NCBI GenBank assembly: GCA_051294375.1
Contig: CM119264.1
Location: forward strand, 13,919,323 to 13,983,322
Direction of reading: 5' to 3'
DNA: 64,000 nt
Source: Paraspadella gotoi
Lineage: Eukaryota; Animalia; Chaetognatha
Shown here one piece after another: positions 13,347 to 25,080 of this stretch. The stretch's first letter is position 1. Every line of letters begins with the position of its first letter. The translations under genes were made by a program, and so were the position numbers. The notes beneath the pieces were generated by a model, which was not told the origin of the DNA, did not search any database, and was given only the letters and a program-made list of their open reading frames with translations.

Positions 13347-13915
13347 TGTGGCAGCTGGCCTGTGATTGGAAGAAATTGGAAGGATTAACCAGAGATACCG
13401 GCCAGCTGAATTTCCTCTGTCTTCCTCTCTCTCTTCTCTCTCTCTCTCCTCTCCTCTCTCTCTCTCTTCTCTCTCCTCTCTTCTCTCTCTCTCTCACTCT
13501 CTCTTCTCTCTCTCAAAAGGTTAAAACGTAACCAAAAAAAAAGGGCTAACAAGGGTGAAATGGTAAAATTCACAATATCCGGTGAAAGTTTGTTGGAAGT
13601 TAAAAGGTTGGAAATGAGGCGAGATGTGAGAAGTTTCACTGAGGAAATTTCTGTGTCACATGAATTTTACTATTTATTTTTGTAATTACAGAATAACAAT
13701 AATGATAATGATAATGCAAAGTCTATGAAAGTCTGAAAAACCAAAATAACAATTAAAAATACAGAAATATGTATAAATAGACTTTTATAGGTAAATACTA
13801 AAGTCATAAAATTATTAACGAAAACCGTAAACCTCGAAACGGAAATCGTGGGAGGAAAAAGAAAAATCGAAAAGCGAAAAGCGAAAAGCGAAAAGCGAAA
13901 CTCATTAGAACGCTT

Positions 13916-14023
<108 letters not shown>

Positions 14024-14141
14024 AAGATGAGCTCAAGGATGGGGTAAAAAGATAGAAACTGTCTGGCGAAATGAGCAGAGGCGTCCGTCAAGGGTGCTGA
14101 GGGAAAAGAAGGCCACTAAACGACGATAGAGGGCCATGATA

Positions 14142-14223
<82 letters not shown>

Positions 14224-14492
14224 AGGAGAGAGGGAGAAGAGAGATTTGCCCCTTTGTTCTCGTTATGGAAAATGTTTCCCCAACGTATTGATTTGTGGCA
14301 CTGCATTGGTGGCGTCAGTCAGTGGCTCATTCATTCATTTTTTTAATAAAAATTGCTATTTTTTTAATTATTCTTTTCTTAATTCAAGTGGATTCTGAAA
14401 GTTATTTTTAGCTGCATTGAAGGCCTCCGCCACACAATAGTTAACTTTTATAGTTAACATAAAACGAAGAAATTATTTCGTTAAGCTATACT

Positions 14493-14498
14493 TTTATT
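14493..14498 (-). promoter_or_regulatory. Candidate AATAAA polyadenylation signal of the OAS-like gene
   Basis: TTTATT on the + strand about 340 nt downstream of the stop codon. ATTAAA variants also occur near 14754-14771. Confidence 0.3.
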
Positions 14499-14834
14499 TG
14501 ACAAATGAAAAATGGCACAGAAAAATATCCTAACAAATTTTTTAAAAATATATTCACGAAGTATATACATTGTACAACAGGAGATAAAACGAGTTACCTG
14601 ACGAAAGCTCTCTTCTCTCGGTTTTTACAATCACGACTTCTTACAACTTGTTGGTTCTATAGTTTCCTTGAAAAATATTATTTATAGATATTTAAAAAAG
14701 CATTTTTATCAGATGAGACAAAAACTTCGTAAAAATAGGCAGCTCATCGCGAATTTAATTATGCTTTAATAACAGTTGATATTAATTTTTAAGTTGCGAC
14801 AGAAGTGGAGAGAAAGCAATCAAGAATCAATCAG

Positions 14835-16548
14835 TTAGTGAAAATTAAATGAAACCATCACAATGAAGCGATCTTTCACGGGTATTTTTAGAGTACAGAG
14901 CTTCGAGCGATGCAGAGCGTCGTCGGAATCTAAACGAGAATTACTATTACTCGTTTCGTCAACAAAGCTTTTGACAATCGTAATGACTTGCTGCCGTGTC
15001 ACGCTTTCTTCTCTCTGCCAGACATTTGATTTTATAACAGATGCTATATTCAGCAAAAGCATCTTGACAAACTCTGAAGGAGTTGCGGGGGTTTTGTTAA
15101 AAACTACTTCTGGAAAAAATATATTTTCGGCTCGTGTTCCAACGACGTAATTATCCGAGGTGAAACGACTGTATATCAACTGTTGAGGCATAAAAATGGC
15201 ATCGATACTTTGCGGCATGGTGATGCGCAATCGACTGATAGTAATTTCGGCGCATCTGCCGAATACGTCAATGAAACTGGTCGGGACTCCATGAAGGAGA
15301 TTCTTATACGGATTCACTGGATCGAGAAGCATCGGAACTTCATTAGCGATTAGCGGAGGGGTTTGATTTGGTGGGTAAAAACTTGTCTTGAACTTTATGC
15401 TGAGAGTTCTCAATTTTGTCAGATTGTTTAGAAAATTAACAAATCCTGGCAGGTACCCTTGGCCAAAGGTGTTCAGCGCGCTGTGCACAGCCAAAAGCTC
15501 AATTATGTATGACTGGCCGAAAACATTTTCGTTGTAAAAGATTGTCTGGGACCAATACTTTGCCAGTCGCGCCAGATCATGACAAAATTTATTTTGTTCT
15601 TTCATCCATATGACGCTTTGGATGGAGAGTGTCAGTTCCCGTTGCCCATGGGGATTTTTCTTCACCTGCCTGTAAGCCGCCCTGGCTTGATTCTTCTCAA
15701 CACTCTCGTCTCTGGAGTGTAGGGTACTTTCTACTAAGTTTTTTGTTACCACCAGATCAATCGGGACATCTCTGTACTTGAACGATATCAGAAATGGGTT
15801 TTTTATGAACTTTTCCTTTTCCAAAATTCTTTCGCGTAATAGAATATTTTCGAATTCGTCCAAGACCTAAGTAAGATAAGAATCTTGTAAAAACAAGAAC
15901 GGTAATTCCAATTGCGCCGCAGTGACTTTATTTTTACGTGTATTTCTCTTTGATCACATGATATGACATGACATGCCTAAAAAACTTTCTTTGCCCGTGT
16001 ATTCATAACATGCACTGCATCAAAATTCCGTCTTTTATTCGTTATAGTTTTAGGATTTCCTAAAGGCGGCGCTAGCAGTCCCTTAGATTTGAGGTTTTTC
16101 GGCCTTAACAAATGAGCAACCAACTCTAGGCAAATTAGTATATACTTTTTTAACGTATGTGGGACAGACCGACGAACAGACATACTGACGGTCCCACCGA
16201 CCGGCTCAACTAAAAAAGACCAAATAATTAAAAAGTTAATATTTGGACATTCTATGCAAATGAAAGCTTTCAAACGCCAGTCACAACAGCTGGCAAAGCA
16301 AAAAGGGAAAGAATGCTAACCTGTTCCCTGCTCACGCCATCGTTGAAATAGACGAGGATGTCCACGTCGGCCTTCAAGCACGTAGACGTCTTCTTAGCGA
16401 CGCCGCCAACGACGCGGAACCGATCCAACGAAAATCTCGACCTCTGCTGAAGCCTCAAAAAGATGTCTTGGAAGGTTGCACTAGCCCGTTCAAGCCAGGA
16501 GTCAGGCAGAGCCAGTGACTCAGAGAACCGTTGCAGTTGAACTTCCAT
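14835..16548 (-). CDS. OAS: 2'-5'-oligoadenylate synthetase (OAS)-like Pol-beta-superfamily nucleotidyltransferase, 419 aa; join(complement 16321..16548, 14835..15866)
   Basis: Exon 1 (ATG at 16548, 76 codons) reads ...FRVVGGVAKKTSTCLKADVDILVYFNDGVSREQ and ends CAG|GTTAGC (donor 16320). The 454-bp phase-0 intron ends cttatcttacttAG|GTC (acceptor 15867). Exon 2 is the 342-aa ORF plus one Val. Motif matches to vertebrate OAS1 recalled from memory: GG-x11-DVD (cf. GSSGKGTTLRGRSDAD), third Asp in VPIDLVV (cf. VEFDVLP), LARLAKYW (cf. LIRLVKHW), QSYIIELLAVH (cf. PQYALELLTVY), PMLLDPVNPYKNL (cf. PVILDPADPTGNL). Confidence 0.88.
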
Positions 16549-16549
16549 T

Positions 16550-16720
16550 CTACAAACGAAAATTGAGTAGATGAGAGATAATTAAAATTTTTTTTTTAAT
16601 TTAACAATTTTTAACATTTTATTTTAATCGTTGCAGCGAAGGGAGAATGGGTTTATGAGGAAAATGTATATTCATTATTTCAAAAAAAATATTTAGTCTT
16701 CTTATCAAAAATTCACTTAC
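16550..16720 (-). other. Probable 5'-UTR intron of the OAS-like gene
   Basis: The minus strand reads ttcgtttgtAG|A-ATG immediately before the start codon. A consensus GTAAGT donor lies at 16720-16715, with an alternative GTAACT about 10 nt further upstream. The intervening sequence is AT-rich. Confidence 0.45.
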
Positions 16721-18730
16721 GACAGTTACCTATTTTCAGAAAGTCGCGTTTGAATTCGAGAATATTCTATCAAATAATCTTCTTTAAACTTTGATCAGCG
16801 AGCGAAGTTTCGTCAGAATGACTTGCACATTTTTTTTATACCGGCAAGTTTTGCTCACAAATCAGAATAAGATTAAGAACCTAAAACCATAAAAGGGAAA
16901 CACATTTTCGATGACACATTATTTTATTTTATTTCTTCTATGATTTATTTCTAAATTATTTCTTTTTATAATTTCAAAACAATTTTTTTTATTCCGCGAG
17001 AGTTTAAACGAGGTACCTGAGGTTCCATATCAGTTGGCGTTGAGGTTCAAGACCTTCTGAACTGAATCAAAGTTAAACCTCTCGGTTAACAATCTTATAA
17101 GGTTTAACCGGTTAAAAATCCAAAACTGTTGACACCCTCGACGGTTCCAATCCGCAACCACATCGAACACGAAAGGAACACGGAAGCGTCACTGACGAAG
17201 ACGAAGATAAATACGGCGAAGACAAAACAGATCAAAAACTCGTAAATAAAAAAAAAAACTATGACAAAAAACGGGAAGCTGTCTTTTAAATTTCAGTTTG
17301 AATATCAGTAGGAAAAAAAAGACGATGATTTTACCGGCGACAATGAAGACCAACCAAAAAAAACAAACAAAAAGGCAATTGGGAAGGAAGACATCAACGA
17401 TGACAACGACCATAACAATAACGTTCGCCAGGAAGGGAAGGAACAACAACAACAACAACAAAAGAGGACAAAAGAAAATCGTCTTCGCCATAAAAAAATA
17501 CAAACTCGATATTAAAAGGAAGAGCGAGAGAGAAAGGAAGAGAGAAGACGACAGAGGAAGATAAAGGGAAAAGAAAGGAAGAGTGAGTCTCCCTCGCCGC
17601 CGACGTCTCCCTCGAGAACTAAGAGGGGTCAAGAACTGTAACTGGGTTTTTGGGGGAGAAGACGATAAGTAACGTGGGAGGAACTCCAGCTTTTTACCTC
17701 TGATAAAGAAGCTAAGCATCTTTTATTAAAAACATTTTTTTTAAAAAGATGATTAAAATTAGTGTTATTTTGAAAGATTTTCGACGTTTTGTTTAGCGCA
17801 TTCATCATTTCATTTCAACTTGATTATCGATGAGGGACTTGCATTTTTTCATCGGACTTCCCTCTTATTGCAATGTCGTCACTTTTCATCCTTCATCGCC
17901 TACTTTGAACAAGAATTCCTTTTTTTCAATTGCCTTTCCTTTCCTTCAATCTCCTTAGAGCCTTAAAATGATAGGAATTCTCCATCGAATGAGATATTAA
18001 ATCATAAAAACTCGACCAACGCCTTTCGCCCATTTTTCTTCTCTTCCCGTCGAGTTTCTTCCTCCCCGTTTGCTTTTTATCAAAAAACAGCTCCGTTGGA
18101 ATCGTTCCTTGTAATCACAGTTTTCCATACTCACATTAGACGATGAAGTTCCCTTAGTGCTATCCTTTTATTAAAACTTTTATTTATCTTTTTAAATTTT
18201 TGAGTTACCTGATTTTATATAAAGAAAAAAAATTATCAAGACAGTGATTTTATAGCGATGCTTACATCCCTCTTTCAATTTCCTTGTCACAAGCATCACA
18301 CCTTTTTTTAAAAAATCGACTTTCACTCACACTTCACTTGGACCAATAATAGTTGGCTCACGGAGAAGACGATAGAAACTTCCTCTATGCGTTGCTCGTT
18401 GCTGTCAACCAACGCGGCTTAAGTCAATGAGCTTCGTCAACCAACCTGGACAAAGCCCCTCATCTTGCATGAAGTCGACTTTGTCGCCCCACGTCGACTT
18501 TCTCCACCAATATAGGCCAACGACCTTTTCGGTTCATTCGCCAATCGTGCCTGACCCACTCGCCAACTTTCCCGCCCGAACCCCTCGATCCTTGCCAACC
18601 TTCCTTTCCTATCCAGTTCAACCTTCGCCCCACCGATAAAGAGTTCCGGGAGAGAAAGTCTTTTGTAAAAACTTGTCAGACTGAAATTGAAGCTTGACCG
18701 CGTGACATTGACAGAAGGTGAAAAAAAGGG

Positions 18731-18817
<87 letters not shown>

Positions 18818-20125
18818 ATTGGTTTTTATATCATCTGCAGAGGAAAATGAGGAAAGGGGGCCGGCGATATAAAATGTCATTGCGCTTCTTAATTGAGAAT
18901 TTATGTTAAGGCTGTGTATAAAACATTCTCAACATATAAAGTTATAATTCATTAGTTGTAAACACCGTAAATGTACAGATAGTATGTTTAATCAAATAGG
19001 AAGGATGGAAATTTAAATGGAGTTGAAAAGTTGTCCATAATTTAATCATACGTACTTAATAGAAATAGTAAAATTTAATTTACTAAATAATACTCTATAT
19101 ATGTCATAAATTAGGAATAATACATTTCCTACATTTTTTCTCGGAATTCGGGATGAAAAGTAAAGCGGGACGGCGATGGAGGGAAAGAAAAAAATGTGCG
19201 AGAAAAAAAAAGAAAAAGAAGGAAAAGAATAAAAAAAAGATAGAAAAAGAAAATGAAGAATGATAGCATCGCGCCGCGGTCAAGGGTCGATTAATCTCAT
19301 TGGCTCCTTCAACCACCCCCTCTCTCTCTCCTTCTCTCTCTCTCATTCTCTCTGTCTCAATCTCCTTCTCTTTCGCCTTCTCTCCCTTTTTCTCTCCCAG
19401 ACTAATGAAAATGAAAATAGAGAGGATGAATCTGGGAAATACCGCCAAGAAACGACTCCGTTCAAAATGGCTGAAATTATGTTATTCCGCAGCGACGAAA
19501 CTCATGTTTGAGAATGCTTTGTCTAATGTCTTTAATGAAAGTACAATGTAATTCTGCAATTTCAAGGTTTTTTCCGACTCGATCGGAAATTTATTCTCTA
19601 TCTCTCTCTCTCTCTCTCTCTCTCCTTCTCTCTCTCTCTCTCTCTCTCTCTCCCACTATTTCATCGAAACTCACGCGCCTGTCACGTGAATGTCACGTGA
19701 GTTTCACGCTTCACACGAAATCAAGGGTGATACGTTAATCGAGTCTCCATTTCGCAGAATTGGAATCGCGACACCGAGAATGTTGACCTCGGTTCAACAT
19801 TTGTGTGGTCATGCTTAGATTCGCTTGTTGGCAGGAAAGGGCTAAAAAAAACAAATAATACATTGACCCACTATGTAGCAGCCTTTCAAATAAATAATTA
19901 ATTAATGATAATAATAATTGATAATTAATCAAATTTATAAAACGTGTTCTCAGCGTAAAATCCCACATTCATCGAAGGTTGAACTTTTTTTTTTCTTCGT
20001 TCCTTTTCCGAAGTCCCTCCACGAGCGATTCTTAACTTGTTGCGCCCCTGGGATGCGATTGATGGAGTGCTGAAGCTTCATTAAACTGAAGACCAGACGC
20101 TCTCTCTCTCTCTCTCTCTCTCTCC

Positions 20126-20164
<39 letters not shown>

Positions 20165-20624
20165 AAATCGCGAGTTAACCCTTTTTTTTCTAACCGTTTA
20201 ACTTTTTACCTTCTCTAACCAGACCGGAACATCGTTAACGGTGTATTCCGGCAAAAACTTGCGGTCCTTTGCGTTTTTGACGCCTTCTCATTTCGAGCTT
20301 TACGCTGTATTCGCCGCGCCTCCTCGACGGAGAGCCGCCGCCGCCGCCGCCGCGCGAACCACATATGGCACCGAGTTCTTTGCCTCTTGTTTTTCCCATT
20401 TCTCACTGTAGCGCATTCGTCTCTTTTTCCCTTGACATTTTCCGTCGTTGGGCGTCGACGCAAAGACGCCCAGAATTAACGCGATCCGCGCTTTATGACT
20501 GACCGGAAATCGAGGCCGGTGGTGAAGACGAGGATGATGACGATGATCGGGAGAAGATGGCATCGACGATGAAGATGACTATTAGCCGGAATTGCGACGT
20601 GATTGTTGCCAAACTCACACCAAA

Positions 20625-21377
20625 AACAATGAAATTGACACTGATATTGCTCAAAAAGTGACGTTGAGTATTTCAATGAAATTGACACATATATTGCTCA
20701 AAAAGTGACGTTGATTACAATGAAATTGACACTGATATTGCTCAAAAAGTGACGTTGATTATTACAATGAAATTGACACTGATATAGCTTAAAAAGTGAC
20801 GTTGATTATTCTAATGAAATTGACACTGATATTGCTCAAAAAGTGACGTTGATTATTACAATGAAATTGACACTAATATTGCTCAAAAAGTGACATTGAT
20901 TATTACAATGAAATTGACAGAGATATTGCTCAAATAGTGACATTGATTATTACAATGAAATTTACACAGATATTGCTCAAAAAGTGACGTTGAGTATTTC
21001 AATGAAATTGACACATATATTGCTCCAAAAGTGACGTTGATTACAATGAAATTGACACTAATATTGCTCAAAAAGTGACGTTGATTATTACAATGAAATT
21101 GACACTGATATAGCTTAAAAAGTGACGTTGATTATTCTAATGAAATTGACACTGATATTGCTCAAAAAGTGACGTTGATTATTACAATGAAATTGACACT
21201 AATATTGCTCAAAAAGTGACGTTGATTATTACAATGAAATTGACAGAGATATTGCTCAAAAAGTGACATTGATTATTACAATGAAATCGACACAGATATT
21301 GCTCAAAAAATGACGTTGATTATTACAATGAAATTGACAAAGATTTTGCTCAAAAAGTGACGTTGATTATTACAATG
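20625..21377 (+). repeat. 47-bp minisatellite, ~16 copies, with a 326-bp (7-unit) higher-order repeat
   Basis: Unit GATTATTACAATGAAATTGACACTGATATTGCTCAAAAAGTGACGTT. Diagnostic variants recur at a 326-bp spacing: gagtatttc at 20666 and 20992, tagcttaaaaag at 20785 and 21111. Confidence 0.93.
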
Positions 21378-21659
21378 CAATGTCGACTATTTAATAATAT
21401 TTATCGTGTCAAGATTGAGGACGCTGTCGTTTAACGAGGGAAGACGAAGATGACGACGACGACGAAGACGACGACGACGATGATTACATGGACGAAAAAT
21501 GTCCGAGTCACCGAAAGTCGAATGTAACTTGAATTCGGGGTCAATCGCCGCGGAAATGCGGAGCGTGAAGAATGAGCCAAGTCGGGAAGAGACAACCCCT
21601 TTTAACCCCGAGGCTCACGGTTGGGCGGCAAATTTGAAGGTAAGGAGGGGAAAGAATTG

Positions 21660-22170
21660 ATAGAAGGAAGAAAGGAAGGAAGGAAGGAAGGAAGGAAGGA
21701 AGAAAGGAAGGAAAGAAGGAAGGAAAGAAGGATGGAAGGAAGGAAAGAAGGAAGGAAAGAAGGATGGAAGGAAGGAAAGAAGGAAGGAAAGAAGGATGGA
21801 AGGAAAGGAAGGAAGGAAGGAAGGAAAGAAGGAAGGAAAAGAAGGAGGAAAGGAAGGAAAAGAAGAGAGGAAAGAAGGATGGAAGGAAGGAAGGAAGGAA
21901 GTAAGGAAAAGAAGGAAGGAAAGAAGGAAAGGAAGGAAGGAAGGAAGGAAAGGAAGAAGGAAGAAGGAAGGAAGAAGGAAGAAGTAAGAGAAGGAAGGAA
22001 GGAAGGAAGGAAGGAAGGAAGGAAGGAAGGAAGGAAGGAAGGAAGAAACGAACGAACAACGAACGAACGACACGAACGAACACGAACGGAACGAACGAAC
22101 ACGAACGAACGAAACGAAACGAACAAACTAACGAACTAACGAACGAACGAACGCACGCACGCACACACGC
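21660..22170 (+). repeat. Compound microsatellite (GGAA)n followed by (CGAA)n
   Basis: About 390 bp of degenerate GGAA/GAAA repeats grading into AACG repeats. This is the source of the spurious FLPS/KEGR ORFs. Confidence 0.95.
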
Positions 22171-23288
22171 TTCAGGTAAAATAGAAAGGAGGTAAACAAC
22201 CGAAAAAAAAGGCCAAGAAGGAAATTGCTATTAATTTGGTAAAGAAATATGGGTGGAGCCTGGAGCCGCGATAAAAGGGTCGGATCGGTCGAGCGTTTTT
22301 GGGGCGCGCCGGGAGGGAGATGGCGCTGACGAGACGATGCGACTTAAAAAACGATGGCGGGAAAGTTGGAGATAAATTTGGAAAAAAAGAAGAACAAACA
22401 CGAGAAACGATTGAAGGAAAATGTTCGAGAAATCCTGTGGGAATAAACACGAGGTGAGAGAAATGGGAGTGAAAAGTAAAGGAAGTGTGAGTTTGGAGAA
22501 ATTCGTAAGGAGATTCTACCTCTTTTCTACATCTTTTCTCACGCCTTCGCAGCCTCCGCCACAATTTTCTCTCACAAATCAGAAATTCTCGGCCGAGCAG
22601 AATCTCACCGTTATTGAATCAGGGGTTTTTTCTTCGAACCGTGAAGCATGCTCCTCACTCCTCAGTCCTCACTGCTTAGTTCTCAGCACTGTATCTTTTC
22701 TACTATACAGCATTCGTTTCCCTTTCAATTCTTGATAGTATTGGTCTCTCTCAATTACTTTACTACAATATTCGTCTCTCTATTTTCTCTTCTTCTCTTC
22801 GTCAAACGTGAGCCTCTCCTTTTACTGTCGTCAACGGACTTCACGGTATTCACTTTACAATCTTCTTTCACGGGCGTCACCGCTTCTCCCATCTGGCTTT
22901 TTCGTCTGTTCGATGCGAGACCGCCTTTTTCTTTTTACTCCCTTTGTCTAGCGAGTTTTACATTTCCTCTCCTCTCTTTTCCTTTCATATACGTTAAGAA
23001 AATTTTCGAATTAAAAAATAAAACTTGTAAAAAAAATATATAAACTTACTTTTAAAGAAAAAAAAGGTAAAAACATATGCATTACTCACTCACGCAAAAA
23101 ATCAAGAACATATCTTTTTTTCAGATATCTAAAGTAAAGCGTCTTAATCGCAAGTAGTTTCAAAATACTATAATAATGATATTCAGAAGATTCGAATCAA
23201 TGAATTCTTTAACTCTCAAGAAAGAAGAGAAATTTGTTGAATCTTTTCATTTTCAAAATATAGGGTGAGAGCGGGGAAGGAAGATAGG

Positions 23289-23320
<32 letters not shown>

Positions 23321-23766
23321 AAGAGAGAGAGAGAGAACGAGGCCTGAGTCTCTGCAAGAAACATTAAAAAAAGTAAACAAAATGAGAAAAGATTTGGAAG
23401 GAAAAAGAAAAGAAACGAGTTTTTTTCGTCACGAATGTTTTAAAGCCGGTCTTTAAGAACGAGTAATCTCATTTGAATTTTTCAAAATCATTTAGTATTC
23501 TATTTCGATTCAGTTTAATTTATAAAAAAAATGTTGTTAGTTTATATTCTCACTACTATTTATTGAATAAATCAAATTTTTACCTAGCTCATTTGACGAT
23601 TATTAAACAAAATGGGAAAGAAAGAAAGAAGAAAAAACAGCGCATAAAGAATGTTTTAAAGAATGTTGGAAAAAAAAAATCTGAAGAAAAGCAGAGAACG
23701 AAAAAGAAATGATTTGGAAACAAAGGAAAAACAGCAAAACAGAATAATAACAATTTTCTTGCTCAG

Positions 23767-23843
<77 letters not shown>

Positions 23844-24648
23844 CCCGCTCCTCTCTCTCTTCCCACGGCAAGGGATCAGGGATTTAAAGAGACATTGAGT
23901 CTCAATGTTGCAGAAAGAAGCCTCCATCAAAACCATCAACTGATCATCATCCTCCTCGCAGCGGCAGTTAAGACGCCGAATGCCGCAATGCAGCCGCACA
24001 GCATGGCTGCAGCAGTTTTCTACCCGAAGTCAACGGCTCTATATGGAGGCATCTTGCAGTTCCGGCAATTAGGTTACACATTGCTGTCAAGACGTCAGGC
24101 GTTGCAGTTTGTCATCCAAACGACTTCGGCCTTTTGCGAAGTCATTAGCGGTAATTTCTGAAATATTAACTAATATCACAAACGCGAAGGCGCCATGAGC
24201 AACGCACATAACACTGGCGGCGTCGTTTTATTAAAGAGCGAAAAAATAAACCTACTCGCAATTTTTTTTTCAAGGAAATTTTTATAAGGGAATCGTTAAC
24301 GCAACAGACGAAGAGAAGCTTCGCTTGAGCAGCAACGGATCGTCCAGGTTGGACTGAAGGGAGGATGGGGGACTTGAATGGGGAGGGGAGCATCACCAGG
24401 GATAAGGAGAAAGGTAATGAAAAAAGATGGATGATTGGATGGAAGGATGAAAGAATTAAATAATTAAATAATTCACCTAACATTAAAATTGAGAATAATT
24501 CTCATTTTAGAAGTCTAAAACTCATTAAATTTATTTATTAATTTACGAAAATAAAACGTTTATCTTTTATGAAAAATAGAGGTATACGAAGATATTACAT
24601 AAGCTTTTGAAATCGTAATTGATTTAGCTAATTTTTAAACTCAAAACT

Positions 24649-24767
24649 TTAGGAATAACAGTTTTTTTGTTTTAACAAAATTTAATCATAATTTATAAGA
24701 CATCTTTGTCATGTTTGTTATAAATTATGATTAAATTTCGTTAAAACACAAAAACTGTTATTCTTAA
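24649..24767. repeat. Near-perfect inverted repeat (50-bp arms, 19-nt spacer)
   Basis: ttaggaataacagtttttttgttttaacaaaatttaatcataatttataa (24649-24698) versus ttataaattatgattaaatttcgttaaaacacaaaaactgttattcttaa (24718-24767), with about 3 mismatches. Confidence 0.85.
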
Positions 24768-25042
24768 AATTCATAAATTAACGAAAAGAAAATGTAAAAT
24801 TACATAATAATAAAAGTAAAAAAAACATTCTAAGCCTAAGGCGTTTTTTCCGTCCATTTGAGCATTGAGCGAGGTGCGCAACTAAGATTTCTTTGGGATC
24901 TTCGGTTCATAATGGGAATTGTAGATGCGAAGGTAAATTCTGTCGAGGAAGAGGAGGAGGTGGAGGAGGAGGAGGAGGAGGAGGCCAGGATAATGGAAGA
25001 GGAGGAAAGAGTGGATGATGTTGAGGAAGAAAAGTGGGGAGT

Positions 25043-25080
<38 letters not shown>

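Noticed and set aside
21541-22164. Long ORFs of 150-207 aa (FLPS.../KEGR...) and the many ERER/LSLS ORFs across the window
   Set aside because: These are translations of (GGAA)n and (AG)n microsatellites, which lack stop codons.
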